Shown piece after piece: positions 1 to 12,832 of a DNA stretch of 64,000 nucleotides. A model generated the notes under the pieces. It was not told the DNA's origin. It searched no databases and was given only the letters and a program-made list of their open reading frames with translations. A program made the position numbers and the translations under genes. The first letter of the stretch is position 1, and each line of letters opens with the position of its first letter. Source of the stretch: Macrostomum hystrix (Eukaryota; Animalia; Platyhelminthes); contig CATNEN010000038.1 in assembly GCA_950097015.1 (NCBI GenBank), positions 19,902,001 through 19,966,000 on the forward strand, written 5' to 3'.

Positions 1-130
1 CCCCAAATGAATGTGGCCTCGCCGCGGAATCGAGCTCAGGGACCTTGGTGCGAGAGGCAAATGCATTAGAGCGCCACTCGTCTCAGACTCGATTCTCCGA
101 CTTTATTAACCCACTTGGAAACTTCCGCAG

Positions 131-2463
131 TAATGCCGAGCTACTGCACAGACACGAGCTCGATTCCGAGCGACAAACTGGTCGCTTCCGAGCCGCCAAA
201 CTGGAAGAAGCCGAGCACCGCTGCGAGACACTGGAAGCCGACGTTGAAAGGCTACACCAGATCGAAGCTAAACTGCGAAAACAGTGCGATGAAAATGATC
301 GAACAATTAACGACATTCTTGCTAGCGCTGATGCTGACAAGCGGAACATGGTGACACAGGTTAATGACCTGACTGCCCGCCTAGCCAACGCCGAGGAGCA
401 ACTTGGCCGTCGTGAAGTCGAGCACCACGAATTAATGGAGGCAATTGGTAATCTGCAGCGACATTCAGAGAGCCTGAATGCCAAACGGACTGCTTTGGAG
501 GGCCAGCTAGCCGATTGCCTGTTGAAATGCAATCAGGCCACCGACTTGGCTGACCAATTCCGAGGCGAACGGCAGGAACTCGCTAATAGAGTCAGGTGGG
601 TTGTTCTCTACATTACATTTATCTTCTCTAGATTCATCTACTCTAGATTCAATCCACTCTAGATTCACATTCAATCTACTCTAGATTCACATTCAATCTA
701 CTCTACGTTCACATTCAATCTACTCTAGATTCACATTCAATCTACTCTACGTTCACATTCAATCTACTCTAGATTCATCTACTCTAGATTCAATCTACTC
801 TAGATTCGCATTCAATCTACTCTAGATTCATCTACTCTAGATTCGCATTCAATCTACTCTAGATTCATCTACTCTAGATTCGCATTCAATCTACTCTAGA
901 TTCATCTACTCTAGATTCGCATTCAATCTACTCTAGATTCATCTACTCTAGATTCATCTACTCTAGATTCATCTACTCTAGATTCATCTACTCTAGATTC
1001 ATCTACTCTAGATTCGCATTCAATCTACTCTAGATTCATCTACTCTAGATTCGCATTCAATCTACTCTAGATTCACATTCATCTACTCTAGATTCACATT
1101 CATCTACTCTAGATTCATCTACTCTAGATTCGCATTCAATCTACTCTAGATTCATCTACTCTAGATTCGCATTCAATCTACTCTAGATTCATCTACTCTA
1201 GATTCATCTACTCTAGATTCATCTACTCTAGATTCATCTACTCTAGATTCATCTACTCTAGATTCGCATTCAATCTACTCTAGATTCATCTACTCTAGAT
1301 TCGCATTCAATCTACTCTAGATTCACATTCATCTACTCTAGATTCACATTCATCTACTCTAGATTCATCTACTCTAGATTCGCATTCAATCTACTCTAGA
1401 TTCATCTACTCTAGATTCGCATTCAATCTACTCTAGATTCATCTACTCTAGATTCGCATTCATCTACTCTAGATTCATCTACTCTAGATTCACATTCATC
1501 TACTCTAGATTCATCTACTCTAGATTCAATCTACTCTAGATTCGCATTCAATCTACTCTAGATTCATCTACTCTAGATTCGCATTCATCTACTCTAGATT
1601 CGCATTTAATCTACTCTAGATTCGCATTCATCTACTCTAGATTCGCATTCAATCTACTCTAGATTCATCTACTCTAGATTCGCATTCAATCTACTCTAGA
1701 TTCACATTCATCTACTCTAGATTCGCATTCAATCTACTCTAGATTCACATTCATCTACTCTAGATTCACATTCATCTACTCTAGATTCATCTACTCTAGA
1801 TTCGCATTCAATCTACTCTAGATTCATCTACTCTAGATTCGCATCCAATCTACTCTAGATTCATCTACTCTAGATTCGCATTCAATCTACTCTAGATTCA
1901 TCTACTCTAGATTCGCATTCATCTACTCTAGATTCATCTACTCTAGATTCACATTCATCTACTCTAGATTCATCTACTCTAGATTCAATCTACTCTAGAT
2001 TCGCATTCAATCTACTCTAGATTCATCTACTCTAGATTCGCATTCAATCTACTCTAGATTCATCTACTCTAGATTCGCATTCAATCTACTCTAGATTCAC
2101 ATTCATCTACTCTAGATTCACATTCATCTACTCTAGATTCACATTCATCTACTCTAGATTCACACGCATCTATTAATGATTCACAGAGATCTGGATGCCA
2201 AGCTGTCAGAGCTTCAGATTGAGCACACGAAGGTGCGAACCAGTCACAGCCAGTTGGAGCACAGGCTGGTCGAGTGCATCAACAGCGAAGAAGCCTGGAA
2301 GCTGCGGGCCAACCAAGCCGAGGCCAACATGGAGGAGTTTCGACGGGCGATGGGCAACTGCCAGCGCGCATTCGATCAAGAGGCCAGGGAGAGGGCGGCG
2401 CTGCAGCAGGAGAGGGACGCCCTCAGAGAACAGCTTCATCGAGTGCGCAGCGCTTTTAACTAG
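131..2463 (+). CDS. 3' part of a long coiled-coil protein gene (two visible exons: 131-595, 2187-2463; upstream exons lie outside the window)
   Basis: Acceptor ttccgcag|131, donor cag|gtgggt after 595 (phase 2), acceptor ttcacag|2187 restores AG+A=Arg in frame, stop TAG at 2461-2463. The translation is E/Q/R/L-rich with heptad character (LEEAEHRCETLEADVERLHQIEAKLRKQ; LQQERDALREQL). Family not identifiable. A possible alternative donor near 2443 means the final exon end is not certain. Confidence 0.75.
640..2165. repeat. Intronic minisatellite with mixed 15/21/22-bp units (TCTACTCTAGATTCA +/- CATTCA or GCATTCAA)
   Basis: Directly visible tandem array filling almost the whole intron 596-2186; each unit contains TCTAGA. 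Confidence 0.95.
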
Positions 2464-5400
2464 TGAGCTTTTGTGTTGCTTTCATAAGACTATTTTTTTA
2501 ATAAGACAATGCGAACTATGCTGCTCTAATCTACTTCTCGATTATTATAATAATTACATTTTTCTTTTCTGAATGTAATTAATAATACAAATCCAAATAA
2601 TGAGCTAAAATAGGAAAAAAATTATCCTATATTTTATCCAGTCTCGTACGATTTTGTTATATTGTTTATAGCAGGCCCGGTAATGTAATTCATAAACTGT
2701 GTTAAGTGACGCCTCTTGAGTAATATTGTAATAACATTTTTGTGTCACGCTTCTTACGTTTTTCGTTTTGTGGATGTTTTTTTTTGTCACGAACTTTTTA
2801 GTTTGTAACTAACCGAGATGTGTGTGTGATGTCGTTTAGAGGAGTTGATTGAAAATTCATCTTCCGCGATGGAAACTCCGCTTTGAGTCGATTGCACTTG
2901 TTTGCTTCATCGTTTGTATATTGTAATTGTTTTTTTAATAATTCCTTTAATATTAACATGATTCCCTTAATCCTACATAGTAGGTGTTTTTATTTTAACT
3001 GTTTGAAGTAAGTAAAAAATAATATGCCGACCTTTCTAAACATAGTTTTTTGTTTTGCGTTCTTATAAAATTTCAAACTTAAATATATTACTTTTTTCTG
3101 TTGAGCCCACTTAATCTAAAGTTACTGTACATGAAAGTGATACATTTCCTCGCACTTTTCTTTTATTTAAATGTATCTCTATACGGTATAAGGTGAGGCT
3201 ATATTGTTCAAAAGAGTTCTCATATCCTGAGAAAGTAGTGCGTTTTTAATTAAAATATAGTGTTTTAATGTTTTTTATTATTAAGTTTTATCAGAATTTA
3301 AAGTTGTCCTTTAAATTTAGCTTAGCAAAATACTATTATCAAAGTTGTTGCTCGCATTCAATATTCTTCTCTTGTAAAAAGTCAGAAAGTTATACATGGA
3401 TTCTTTACTCTACAATTAAGATGAAGAAGCAGAAGTCGTTTAAATAAATTTAACCGATTCAGGACGCTTTCGGACAAATTTTATTGTTAAAACGCATGAT
3501 TCAATCAATTGGCGTAACTGTTTATTTCCGTTTTTCAATCAAAGTTTTTTAGTAATTTGTTTTAGTTTATTAATAATTTTAAGTTTAAGTTTAACATCCA
3601 AAACGTGCATCAGGCTAATTTTCAGAGCGTCAGACTGATAGAACTGAAAGCTAAGAATCTATGATGAAAATATTTTGCATGCAAGGTATCCAAAAATAGT
3701 TATATATTTGTTGCTCTAACAAGATTTAATAATATAAAGTTTGTAAATAAAATAAATAGGTGAAATCCCTTCTTGAATTAAGATGAGTATTACAAACGAA
3801 CAAAATAAACATATTATTACAAGATATTAGTCAAGCACAACTCTTTTAGTGTGCTTGACAAGAAATGCATCTGAATTTTTGGCTTCAGTATCATATGCTT
3901 TAGTATTTATAGTATTTTAGACGGTGCATTTTAAATTGCTATTCATGTTTATTTAGTGCTATAAAAGATGGGTAGGCCTATGCTATGTCTATGTCCCAAC
4001 ATTATTCTGTACCAATTAAAAATGATCATCTGGTAAAATTATAATTGTAGCATAATATATTATGTATTTTTCCCAAATTTCATGAGTAATAATTAATTAT
4101 TGATAATTATTGACATGACCTTCATACAATTGCAAGAATTTGCTTGTTGAACTTGTTGCTGTCATTCATCACAATGGTGCAATGTTTGAATGTTGTCTGA
4201 TTCCAATATGATTTATAAGGGTAGGCTACTCACAAAAGCCCTTAGGTAAGGTCGCACATCCAATAATAAGTTATATTAATCATATTTTTATGGGTCTCAA
4301 TGGTTCCATTGAAACTAAATCATATTGTCTATGTCTATTGATTATTCACTGTCTTAATTTGGCTAGGCCTATCCTGCCAAAACACTTCAATCCTCATGAC
4401 TCATGTCTCATTTAGTTTCATTTTTAAACATATTAGAATGCTTACAAAAGCCTTTAAGGTCTATCCTATAATAAATAGGAATATTCTTTGATAGGTTGCT
4501 ATGACTCAATTGAACTCAAGTCTTAATTATTGTTTTTCCCACCTATAAATTATGCTGATACCCAAATCCCTAGATTTTCCATGTCCAACTAAGTGTAGTT
4601 GTCTTGTGATGGGGAAGCAAACTCATAGAAGCATAAAAAGTAACTGTAGGCCAATGTAAAAAAACAAAATCAATTTATTTTTTTTTCACTTGGCAAGTTA
4701 AAACCCCATGTGGACACTGGCAAATATTTATGAACCTACTTAAAATCAAACTATTTTATAAGATTAAAGTTTAAGAAGCCAATGTTTGATAATCGAATAT
4801 ATTAATTGGGTTGTATATGTATAGCTTTTATCTATCAAAACTATTATTACTACATTTAAAGGCCTCATTTTTATTGAGTTTTTATTTTATTTGTTAGATT
4901 ATAATGCATATATATTCTAAGGAGGTGCCACTATTTGTGGCTATTTCTAGTCTCCAAACATAACAGATATTAACATATGTCTGAATTAATATATCTTAAA
5001 ATAAGTGATTAATGTTTTTTTGCAGAACCTGGTTAGCTAGCTATAATGCAAAAAGTACAAATTTATAAACTGTTATACTTGATTGTTTGGATCTATTAGA
5101 ATTAAAACTTAAGACTTAGGTCTAGCTAGACTAATCTGAAGTTAGGTTGTGCAACTCACTTGATAAATATTTTATAAATAAACAGAAATGACTATATATA
5201 ATAGTTTAACTGAAAAAAGCTTTTTGATTTGTGTATTAGCAAGTTTATATCTCTACTGTGCTAATAGTCAAGAAACATTGAGAAGATGGCAGAAAATAAA
5301 ATACTTAAATCAGATTATTTTCTGAAAAATGAACCAATTTTTTTAACTATAGGCCTAAGTTAGTTGGCTAGCTATTAAAAATTGATTGCTTGCAAAGGCC

Positions 5401-5525
5401 TTGTTTTTTGTCTCTTGACTTCTTAGACCTACTGCATTCTTTTGTACAACTACAAGCAAGTTTCTTAAAACAATTTTTTCAGGTAATTATCTTTCCTTAC
5501 TGTTTTGCTCCAATTGGCAAGTTTA

Positions 5526-7810
5526 ATGGCTAGTAGAAAGTTTACGGTAAGCAACTGTACTGCTTTATAAGTTGAAGGCAGTTAAAAATGAAAATAATGT
5601 TCACGAAGGGCTGAAGAATATGAAAATACTCTATTACAGTGGGCTGTTGCCTTGCTGTTAGAGTGTTAGACTCTTGACTTGAAGGTCGGGGGTTCGATTC
5701 CTGAATATATTTAAACATTATAAGTCCTATTGTGGGGCACTAAACTCTGCATTGTTTCAGTTCACCTAACTGTTAATTGGGTAACAGCATCAGCTGGGGT
5801 AATTGAGTGTATGGCGTCTCCCCAGTCCATGGACTGAACAGCCTTGCACAGAGTTCAGATGCTTTTTGGGGGGCAGGTGTAATAAATTTTTATTTATTAA
5901 TTATTGATCACAGGTTTGCGTTGAAGGCAACATCGGCTGCGGCAAAAGTTCGTTTATTCGACACTTCTCAAACAAGCTGCCCTTCCTGAATGTACTGGAG
6001 GAACCAGTAGCTCAGTGGGTTAACCTGAACGATAACAACCTGCTAGGCATGATGTACTCCGATCCTAAGCGTTGGTCGACAGCCTTTCAGGCCTACGTTA
6101 TGTTGACAATGAGCGATGGTCATTCCATATCCAGGGATCGGTCAGCGCCGCCGGTCACCCTGCTCGAGCGGTCCCTGCACTCTGCAGTTCGAGTGTTTGT
6201 AGAGAATCTGCACCGACAGTGAGTTGTTGTAGATTCCGCTGTTTTTTTCGTCGCTTACTACTAATTTAGTAGTGCAGAACGGCTTGTTGTCTAAAAAATT
6301 TGTTCCAATCTAATAGGTCCCTAATGGACAGCATGGACTATCACATACTGATGGAGTGGTACAATTTGTGGGTCAGCGATCAGACCTACGATATTGACGT
6401 CATCAGTGCGTCTGAATTTAACTTTATTTGTTCTTTTTCTTAATTTTCGTTTTCAAAATTTAATATTTTTATATTTATATTGATTTTAATCTTTAGTTTA
6501 TCTGCGTGCCAGGCCGTCTGTCTGTATGGAACGCATCAAGAAACGAAACCGGTCTGAGGAATGCGAGCTGAGCATTGTAAGTGGCGTAAGCTAACTCACT
6601 GAACCAGTACTACTCAAGCCCTTGTTCCCACAGCCACACAATGTACTCAAGCCCTTGTTCCCACAGCCACACAATGTACGCAAGCCCTTGTTCCCACAGC
6701 AACACAATGTACTCAAGCCCTTGTTCCCACAGCCACACAATGTACACAAGCTCTTGTTCCCACAGCAACACAATGTGCACAAGCTCACGTCACCTAAAAG
6801 TTAAAACACACAATGTACACAAGCTCACGTCACCTAAAACACGCAATGTACACAAGCTCACGTCACCTTAAAACACACAATGTACACAAGCTCACGTCAC
6901 CTAAAAGTTAAAACACGCAATGTACACAAGCTCACGTCACCTAAAACACACAATGTACACAAGCTCACGTCACCTAAAACACACAATGTGCACAAGCTCA
7001 CGTCACCTAAAACACGCAATGTACACAAGCTCACGTCACCTAAAACACACAATGTACACAAGCTCACGTCACCTAAAACACACAATGTACACAAACTCAC
7101 GTCACCTAAAACACACAATGTACACAAACTCACGTCACCTAAAACACACAATGTACACAAGCTCACGTCACCTAAAACACACAATGTACACAAGCTCACG
7201 TCACCTAAAACACACAATGTACACAAGCTCACGTCACCTAAAACACGCAATGTACACAAGCTCATGTCACCTAAAACACGCAATGTACACAAGCTCACGT
7301 CACCTAATACACACAGTGTACACAAGCTCACGTCACCTAAAACACACAATGTACACAAGCTCACGTCACCTAAAACACACAATGTACACAAGCTCACGTC
7401 ACCTAAAAAACACAATGTACACAAGCTCACGTCACCTAAATCACACAATGTACACAAGCTCACGTCACCTAAAACACACAATGTACACAAGCTCACGTCA
7501 CCTAAATCACACAATGTACACAAGCTCACGTCACCTAAAACACACAATGTACACAAGCTCACGTCACCTAAAACACACAATGTACACAAGCCCCAAAAAA
7601 TTGCAGGACCTATTGGAGCAGTTGCACCAGCTCCACGAAGACTGGCTGGTGCATCACAAATTCGGTTGCCCGTCAACCCGCGTGGTGGTGATTGACGCTG
7701 AGCGAGACCTGAAGAGTATGATGAGCGTCTACGACAAAGAAGTTTTGCCAATATTGCGCGACTTTGGCAGTGATTTGCAAACTAATCAGGCTAGTAATGA
7801 TTCGGATTAG
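5526..7810 (+). CDS. Deoxynucleoside kinase, TK2 / Drosophila dNK-like; exons 5526-5546, 5914-6218, 6317-6405, 6497-6576, 7607-7810
   Basis: Spliced translation MASRKFT|VCVEGNIGCGKSSF...EEPVAQW...YSDPKRWSTAFQAYVMLTM...LLERSLHSAVRVFVENL...YLRARPSVCMERIKKRNRSEE...HEDWL. It has the P-loop, ERS motif and Arg-rich lid of the dNK family. All junctions are GT-AG and phase-consistent. Exon 1 is the least certain. Confidence 0.9.
5640..5875 (+). mobile_element. tRNA-derived SINE-like element in intron 1 of the kinase gene
   Basis: Degenerate tRNA head with B box GGTTCGATTCC near 5691-5701, followed by a body (ttcagttcac...gggtaacagcatcagct...tccatggactga) shared with 56670-56880. The head also recurs inverted at about 49725-49770. 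Confidence 0.65.
6605..7592. repeat. 33-bp minisatellite in the last intron of the kinase gene (two sub-arrays)
   Basis: Units CACAATGTACTCAAGCCCTTGTTCCCACAGCCA, then CACACAATGTACACAAGCTCACGTCACCTAAAA. It explains the repetitive ORFs at 6591-7810. Confidence 0.95.
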
Positions 7811-8574
7811 AATAGCCGACAAGAGTTGCTGAAATGTGTCGCTAATCTATCTGTGAATCAGTAAGTCTCGAACTCGACAAGGCATTTGGTTTGTTGCCTT
7901 GAACTGACGCAACAGTTTTTTTCTTATTCATGTTTGCACTGCTATGCAGTATGCACTTTTGCACGTTTTGCACGGCAAAGTAAGAACAGTCATGGTGCGT
8001 ACGGCTGGCTGTTCGGTCCAACAGCTGAACTAAAACAATTTTGTGTCTTGCAAAAGGACACAAATTGTTTCACTCGAGTTGAGAATGAAACCCCCGACCT
8101 TAATGTCGCGAATCCGACTCTAAACCCTAGTCTACAACCCCCACTGTATTATAAATATTAATTTTAAGGGCGTCTTTTGGCACTGTGCCTCAATGTGGGT
8201 TGGTAATGCCGCTTCGGAAAACTGAACTTAGCATTTAGTTTTTAATACTCTTATTTTGTATCGACAAGTACACTTTGCGCATTATCTTGTTTACTTACAC
8301 TATTATTATTGACAATTCAGCTTTTGTTATAAATGGTGGCGTATTTTAAATTAGTGCGTCTTTATCGCAGCATCTTAGCTTAAACATTGTTTATTTATGG
8401 TTAGTATTTTTGCTGCTTTCTTTTAATTTGTGTAATTGAAGTTTATTATCTAATTTAAATTTGAACTATTTGTCCGTGCTATAATTTAAATAAACCCTTT
8501 TATTCGCAGTATAACTAAATTTTAAAACTATTTTGTTTTAAAAATACAAGTTCTTGCCTTATTTTATCTAACTT

Positions 8575-9920
8575 TTTAGATTCTCAAACAGATCTGTCAC
8601 TCTCCTAGATTCTCTAACAGATCTGTCACTCTCCTAGATTATCTAACAAATCTGTCACTCTCCTAGATTCTCTAACAGATCTGTCACTCCTAGATTATCT
8701 AACAGATCTGTCACTCTCCTAGATTCTCTAACAGATCTGTCACTCTCCTAGATTCTCTAACAGATCTGTCACTCTCTCCTAGATTATCTAACAGATCTGT
8801 CACTCCTAGATTATCTAACAGATCTGTCACTCTCCTAGATTATCTAACAGATCTGTCTCTCTCCTAGCTTCTCTAACAAAGCTGTCACTCTCTCCTAGAT
8901 TCTCTAACAAATCTGTCACTCTCCTAGATTCTCTAACAAATCTGTCACTTTCCGAGGTTCCCCAACAGATCTGTCACTCTCCTAGATTCTCTAACAGATC
9001 TGTCACTCCTAGATTCTCTAACAGATCTGTCACTCCTAGATTATCTAACAGATCTGTCACTCTTCTAGATTCTCTAACAGATCTGTCACTCCTAGATTAT
9101 CTAACATATCTGTCACTCTTCTAGATTCTCTAACAGATCTGTCACTCTCCTAGATTCTCTAACAGATCTGTCACTCTCTCCTAGATTATCTAACAGATCT
9201 GTCACTCCTAGATTATCTAACAGATCTGTCACTCCTAGATTATCTAACAGATCTGTCACTCTCCTAGATTATCTAACAGATCTGTCTCTCTTCTAGATTC
9301 TCTAACAGATCTGTCACTCTCTCCTAGATTATCTAATAGATCTGTCACTCCTAGATTATCTAACAGATCTGTCACTCTCCTAGATTATCTAACAGATCTG
9401 TCTCTCTCCTAGCTTCTCTAACAAATCTGTCACTCTCCTAGATTCTCTAACAAATCTGTCACTTTCCGAGATTCCCCAACAGATCTGTCACTCTCCTAGA
9501 TTCTCTAACAAATCTGTCACTCTCCTAGATTCTCTAACAGATCTGTCACTCCTAGATTATCTAACAGATCTGTCACTCTTCTAGATTCTCTAACAGATCT
9601 GTCACTCTCCTAGATTCTCTAACAGATCTGTCACTCTCTCCTAGATTATCTAACAGATCTGTCACTCCTAGATTATCTAACAGATCTGTCACTCTCCTAG
9701 ATTATCTAACAGATCTGTCTCTCTCCTAGCTTCTCTAACAAATCTGTCACTCTCCTAGATTCTCTAACAGATCTGTCACTCCTAGATTATCTAACAGATC
9801 TGTCACTCTCCTAGATTCTCTAATCGATCTGTCACTCTCCTAGATTCTCTAGTAGATCTGTCACTCTCCTAGATTTATTTGTCGATCTGTCACTCTCCTA
9901 GATTTATTTGTCGATCTATC
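8575..9920. repeat. ~29-bp minisatellite (CAGATCTGTCACTCTCCTAGATTCTCTAA, 27-31 bp variants)
   Basis: Directly visible tandem array. Confidence 0.95.
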
Positions 9921-10450
9921 ACGATAAACGAAACAGTACAGAGTTTCTAAAGCATTAGTCAAGAATATTTGAATTATGTTTTCCAGTTTTATAAGCATTA
10001 GTAAATAAATTAATTTTGTATGTCATTCTTAGTCATTCTTCTTCGTCACTTGATTCGAAATAGTCCTGTGCAGTAAGTCTACTGCAGCCAGTTTTCTCAG
10101 ATTAATTGTGGGCATATTTTAATTGTATATATCGTCAAGTCCAGCTGATGGTCATGCAATCCTTATAGAAGATGGAGAATGCATGAGCTGTCGCAGTTTA
10201 GCTAGTTTTAGATTTCGTTCGGCTCTTACATGTCCCAGATTGGGCAAACTGTTTAAACACTCGTTCAGTGTTGCCAGCTGCTCAAATTAATGAGATTACT
10301 TCAGTAGTTAGCTGATTTGTTTTCAATAAATTGAAGTGTAGTTTTAAGAATATCGATAAATTCTTAAATCCAATACGATGTGGATTAATATTGTAAAAAA
10401 CTTGGCATTTGTATAGTACAAGGAGATCGTGTTGCGTTATATTATTAGTT

Positions 10451-10840
10451 ATGAGGTGGTGCTCACTGAAGTATCAGAGATGAGGTGGTGCTCACTGAAG
10501 TGGATAAAGTGGTGCTCACTGAAGTATCATGGATGAGGTGGTGCTCACTGAAGTATCAGGGATGAGGTGGTGCTCACTGAAGTATCAGGGATGAGGTGGT
10601 GCTCACTGAAGTATCAGGGATGAGGTGGTGCTCACTGAAGTATCAGGGATGAGGTGGTGCTCACTGAAGTATCAGGGATGAGGTGGTGCTCACTGAAGTA
10701 TCAGGGATGAGGTGGTGCTCACTGAAGTATCAGGGATGAGGTGGTGCTCACTGAAGTATCAGCGATGGGGTGGTGCTCACTGAAGTGGATAAGGTGGTAA
10801 TCACTGAAGCATCCTGTGTAAAGTGGTGCTCACTGAACCA
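10451..10840. repeat. 29-bp minisatellite GATGAGGTGGTGCTCACTGAAGTATCAGG, array 1
   Basis: Tandem array with the same unit as 12833-14387. Confidence 0.95.
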
Positions 10841-12011
10841 ACTTGGATGATAGTCCTTGGCATAGCCAAGCTTCTTGTGTTTTTTAATTACAGTCTTGTA
10901 GAAGGAAATAACAGTGGAAGTCATGCTTCACCCGTAATTTCGCACTTTTTCCGAAGTTATTTGATTAAGTATCGCGATTCAATACTTTTGTTTGAGCTCA
11001 CTCATGTGGTTACTTCTGATGCTCTTGTACTATACTCTTGTACACCGTTTTTGAGAGTTACAACTGGGATAATTGATAGACTTTCTAATTAATTTAGAGC
11101 AGCATTTCCAGCGATATTCGTCAAGAGGAAGGAAAATTGTTAAGCCAGGTAGCTGTGCAGTTCTCGCAGCTGTACGAGCAGCACCTGTGTCACACCTTGT
11201 TCGCTCTCGGCTTGTTAAGAACCCTGCTATGGCTAGTTTCAGGTCCAGTGGTCTTCTTATTACCTGCAGCCTTTTATCCTGGCAATATAGAACTAGAGAT
11301 ATTCAGCTTCAGCTTAGGCAAAGAAGGATGCAGCAGTGTATGCTTAGGTACAGCTTCTGGTCATGGGCTGAAAGATTTTATTTGCTAAAAAGCGATGCTT
11401 TAAGACACCACCGCTAGCTCAAATGCATCAGCCTATCTCCTTCTATTCCAAATTTAACTTACACAAATAGTCAAGCGCATGGACCAAGTCGTATATTCGC
11501 TTGTGTAACTTTCAGGATGCAACCTTGAGTAGGTTTTTAATAGATACGATGCGGATATATTTGTCATGCTTTCTTAGCTAAGGTAGCTATCCTTTAGTTC
11601 GCTTGTAGTTTCTTTTTTACTAGTCCTACAGCTATATAATGTATACTACATGTAAATCTCTAAGATTTGTACGGCTAAAACGGTCTGCAAAGTGAACGGC
11701 TTGACCAATTTTCATTGCTTTTTCATTAAAAGTTTGCAAATCTTTCTGTGACGATGTCACAGAATGTCAGATGTCGATGTCAGATGTTTCTCGCAGTCAG
11801 AGCTCGATTCTAATCTCTGATGTCTATGGTCTTTTTGTTGGCTGCTTAACTCGAGTTTCTATTTAAAGGCTAAAACGCTTTCCTTTTCAAAGCCTTATAA
11901 AAGCATAGAAAGCAGAGAATTGCATACTTCAATGCAACTTAAATCTTTACACCCTAATAGAAATATTTTAATTAAAAAGGGAGTTTAGTTGACACTCAAC
12001 AGCAGCTGTTC

Positions 12012-12183
12012 TCAGTTGCTGGGGGCATTAGTTCACAGTTGCTGGGGGCATTAGTTCACAGTTGCTGGGGGCATTAGTTCACAGTTGCTGGGGGCATTAG
12101 TTCACAGTTGCTGGGGGCATTAGTTCACAGTTGCTGGGGCATTAGTTCTCAGTTGCTGGGGGCATTAGTTCTCAGTTGCTGGG
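12012..12183. repeat. 23-bp minisatellite CAGTTGCTGGGGGCATTAGTTCA
   Basis: About 7 tandem copies. Confidence 0.9.
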
Positions 12184-12832
12184 AGGAATTGGTTTGTCTA
12201 TCTGTAATCAGTGAAGAGGATTATGTTTGTTCCACCCGGAGGGGGCTGAATGGCTAGTCCGTGTCTAAAACTGCGCATTGTCTTTTAGTTAGATTGCAGC
12301 ATATATTGCTAGTAGCTATCAGGTAAAAGTCTAGACGTGTATTATTCAAATTGTCCCTGATTTAAAGTCGCAGATCAAAGCTAATAATCATATTCAACTG
12401 TTGAAAAAATGGCCTTATCGTGCCGAAGTCACATTTCATTAGCTTTGTTTAAAACATTAATAAAATACATGAAAAGTAATTGATTCTGACTTGAAAATTA
12501 AACATGCATAATTACATGCTAGCGTTTAAAACAGAATAATTAAATAAGTCTGTTTTGGCTCATAAAAGCCACATTCAAATTTAATGGATTGATTAAAGAG
12601 TTGACTGAAAATACTTGTAAACAAAGGAGAAAAAAGATGCTTGATAAAATAATTAAGAAAACATGTAAAGAAAATTGCGCTATATATACATTAGATAGCT
12701 AAGGAAAATATGCACTATTTTCGTTTAGGATTAAACCGATAAATTGATGCAGCTGCTAATTGACTCGGGTAAAAATGATCACAGCAGCTTCTAAAGGTGA
12801 AAATTATATACACGAACATTTTAACTGTACGC

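Noticed and set aside
45-130. N-terminal part of ORF 45-662, and its hydrophobic tail 596-662
   Set aside because: These lie outside the splice sites and are intronic. Positions 21-80 are a reversed tRNA/SINE-like head.
6591-7606. Repetitive ORFs (THNVHKLTSPK etc.) and intron-retention extension of the kinase
   Set aside because: They are intronic 33-bp repeat. Retention hits TAA five codons into the intron, and only 7607-7810 is real coding sequence.
10823-11417. Short ORFs between the 29-bp arrays
   Set aside because: No recognisable domain, no convincing splice or start context, and an AT-rich background.
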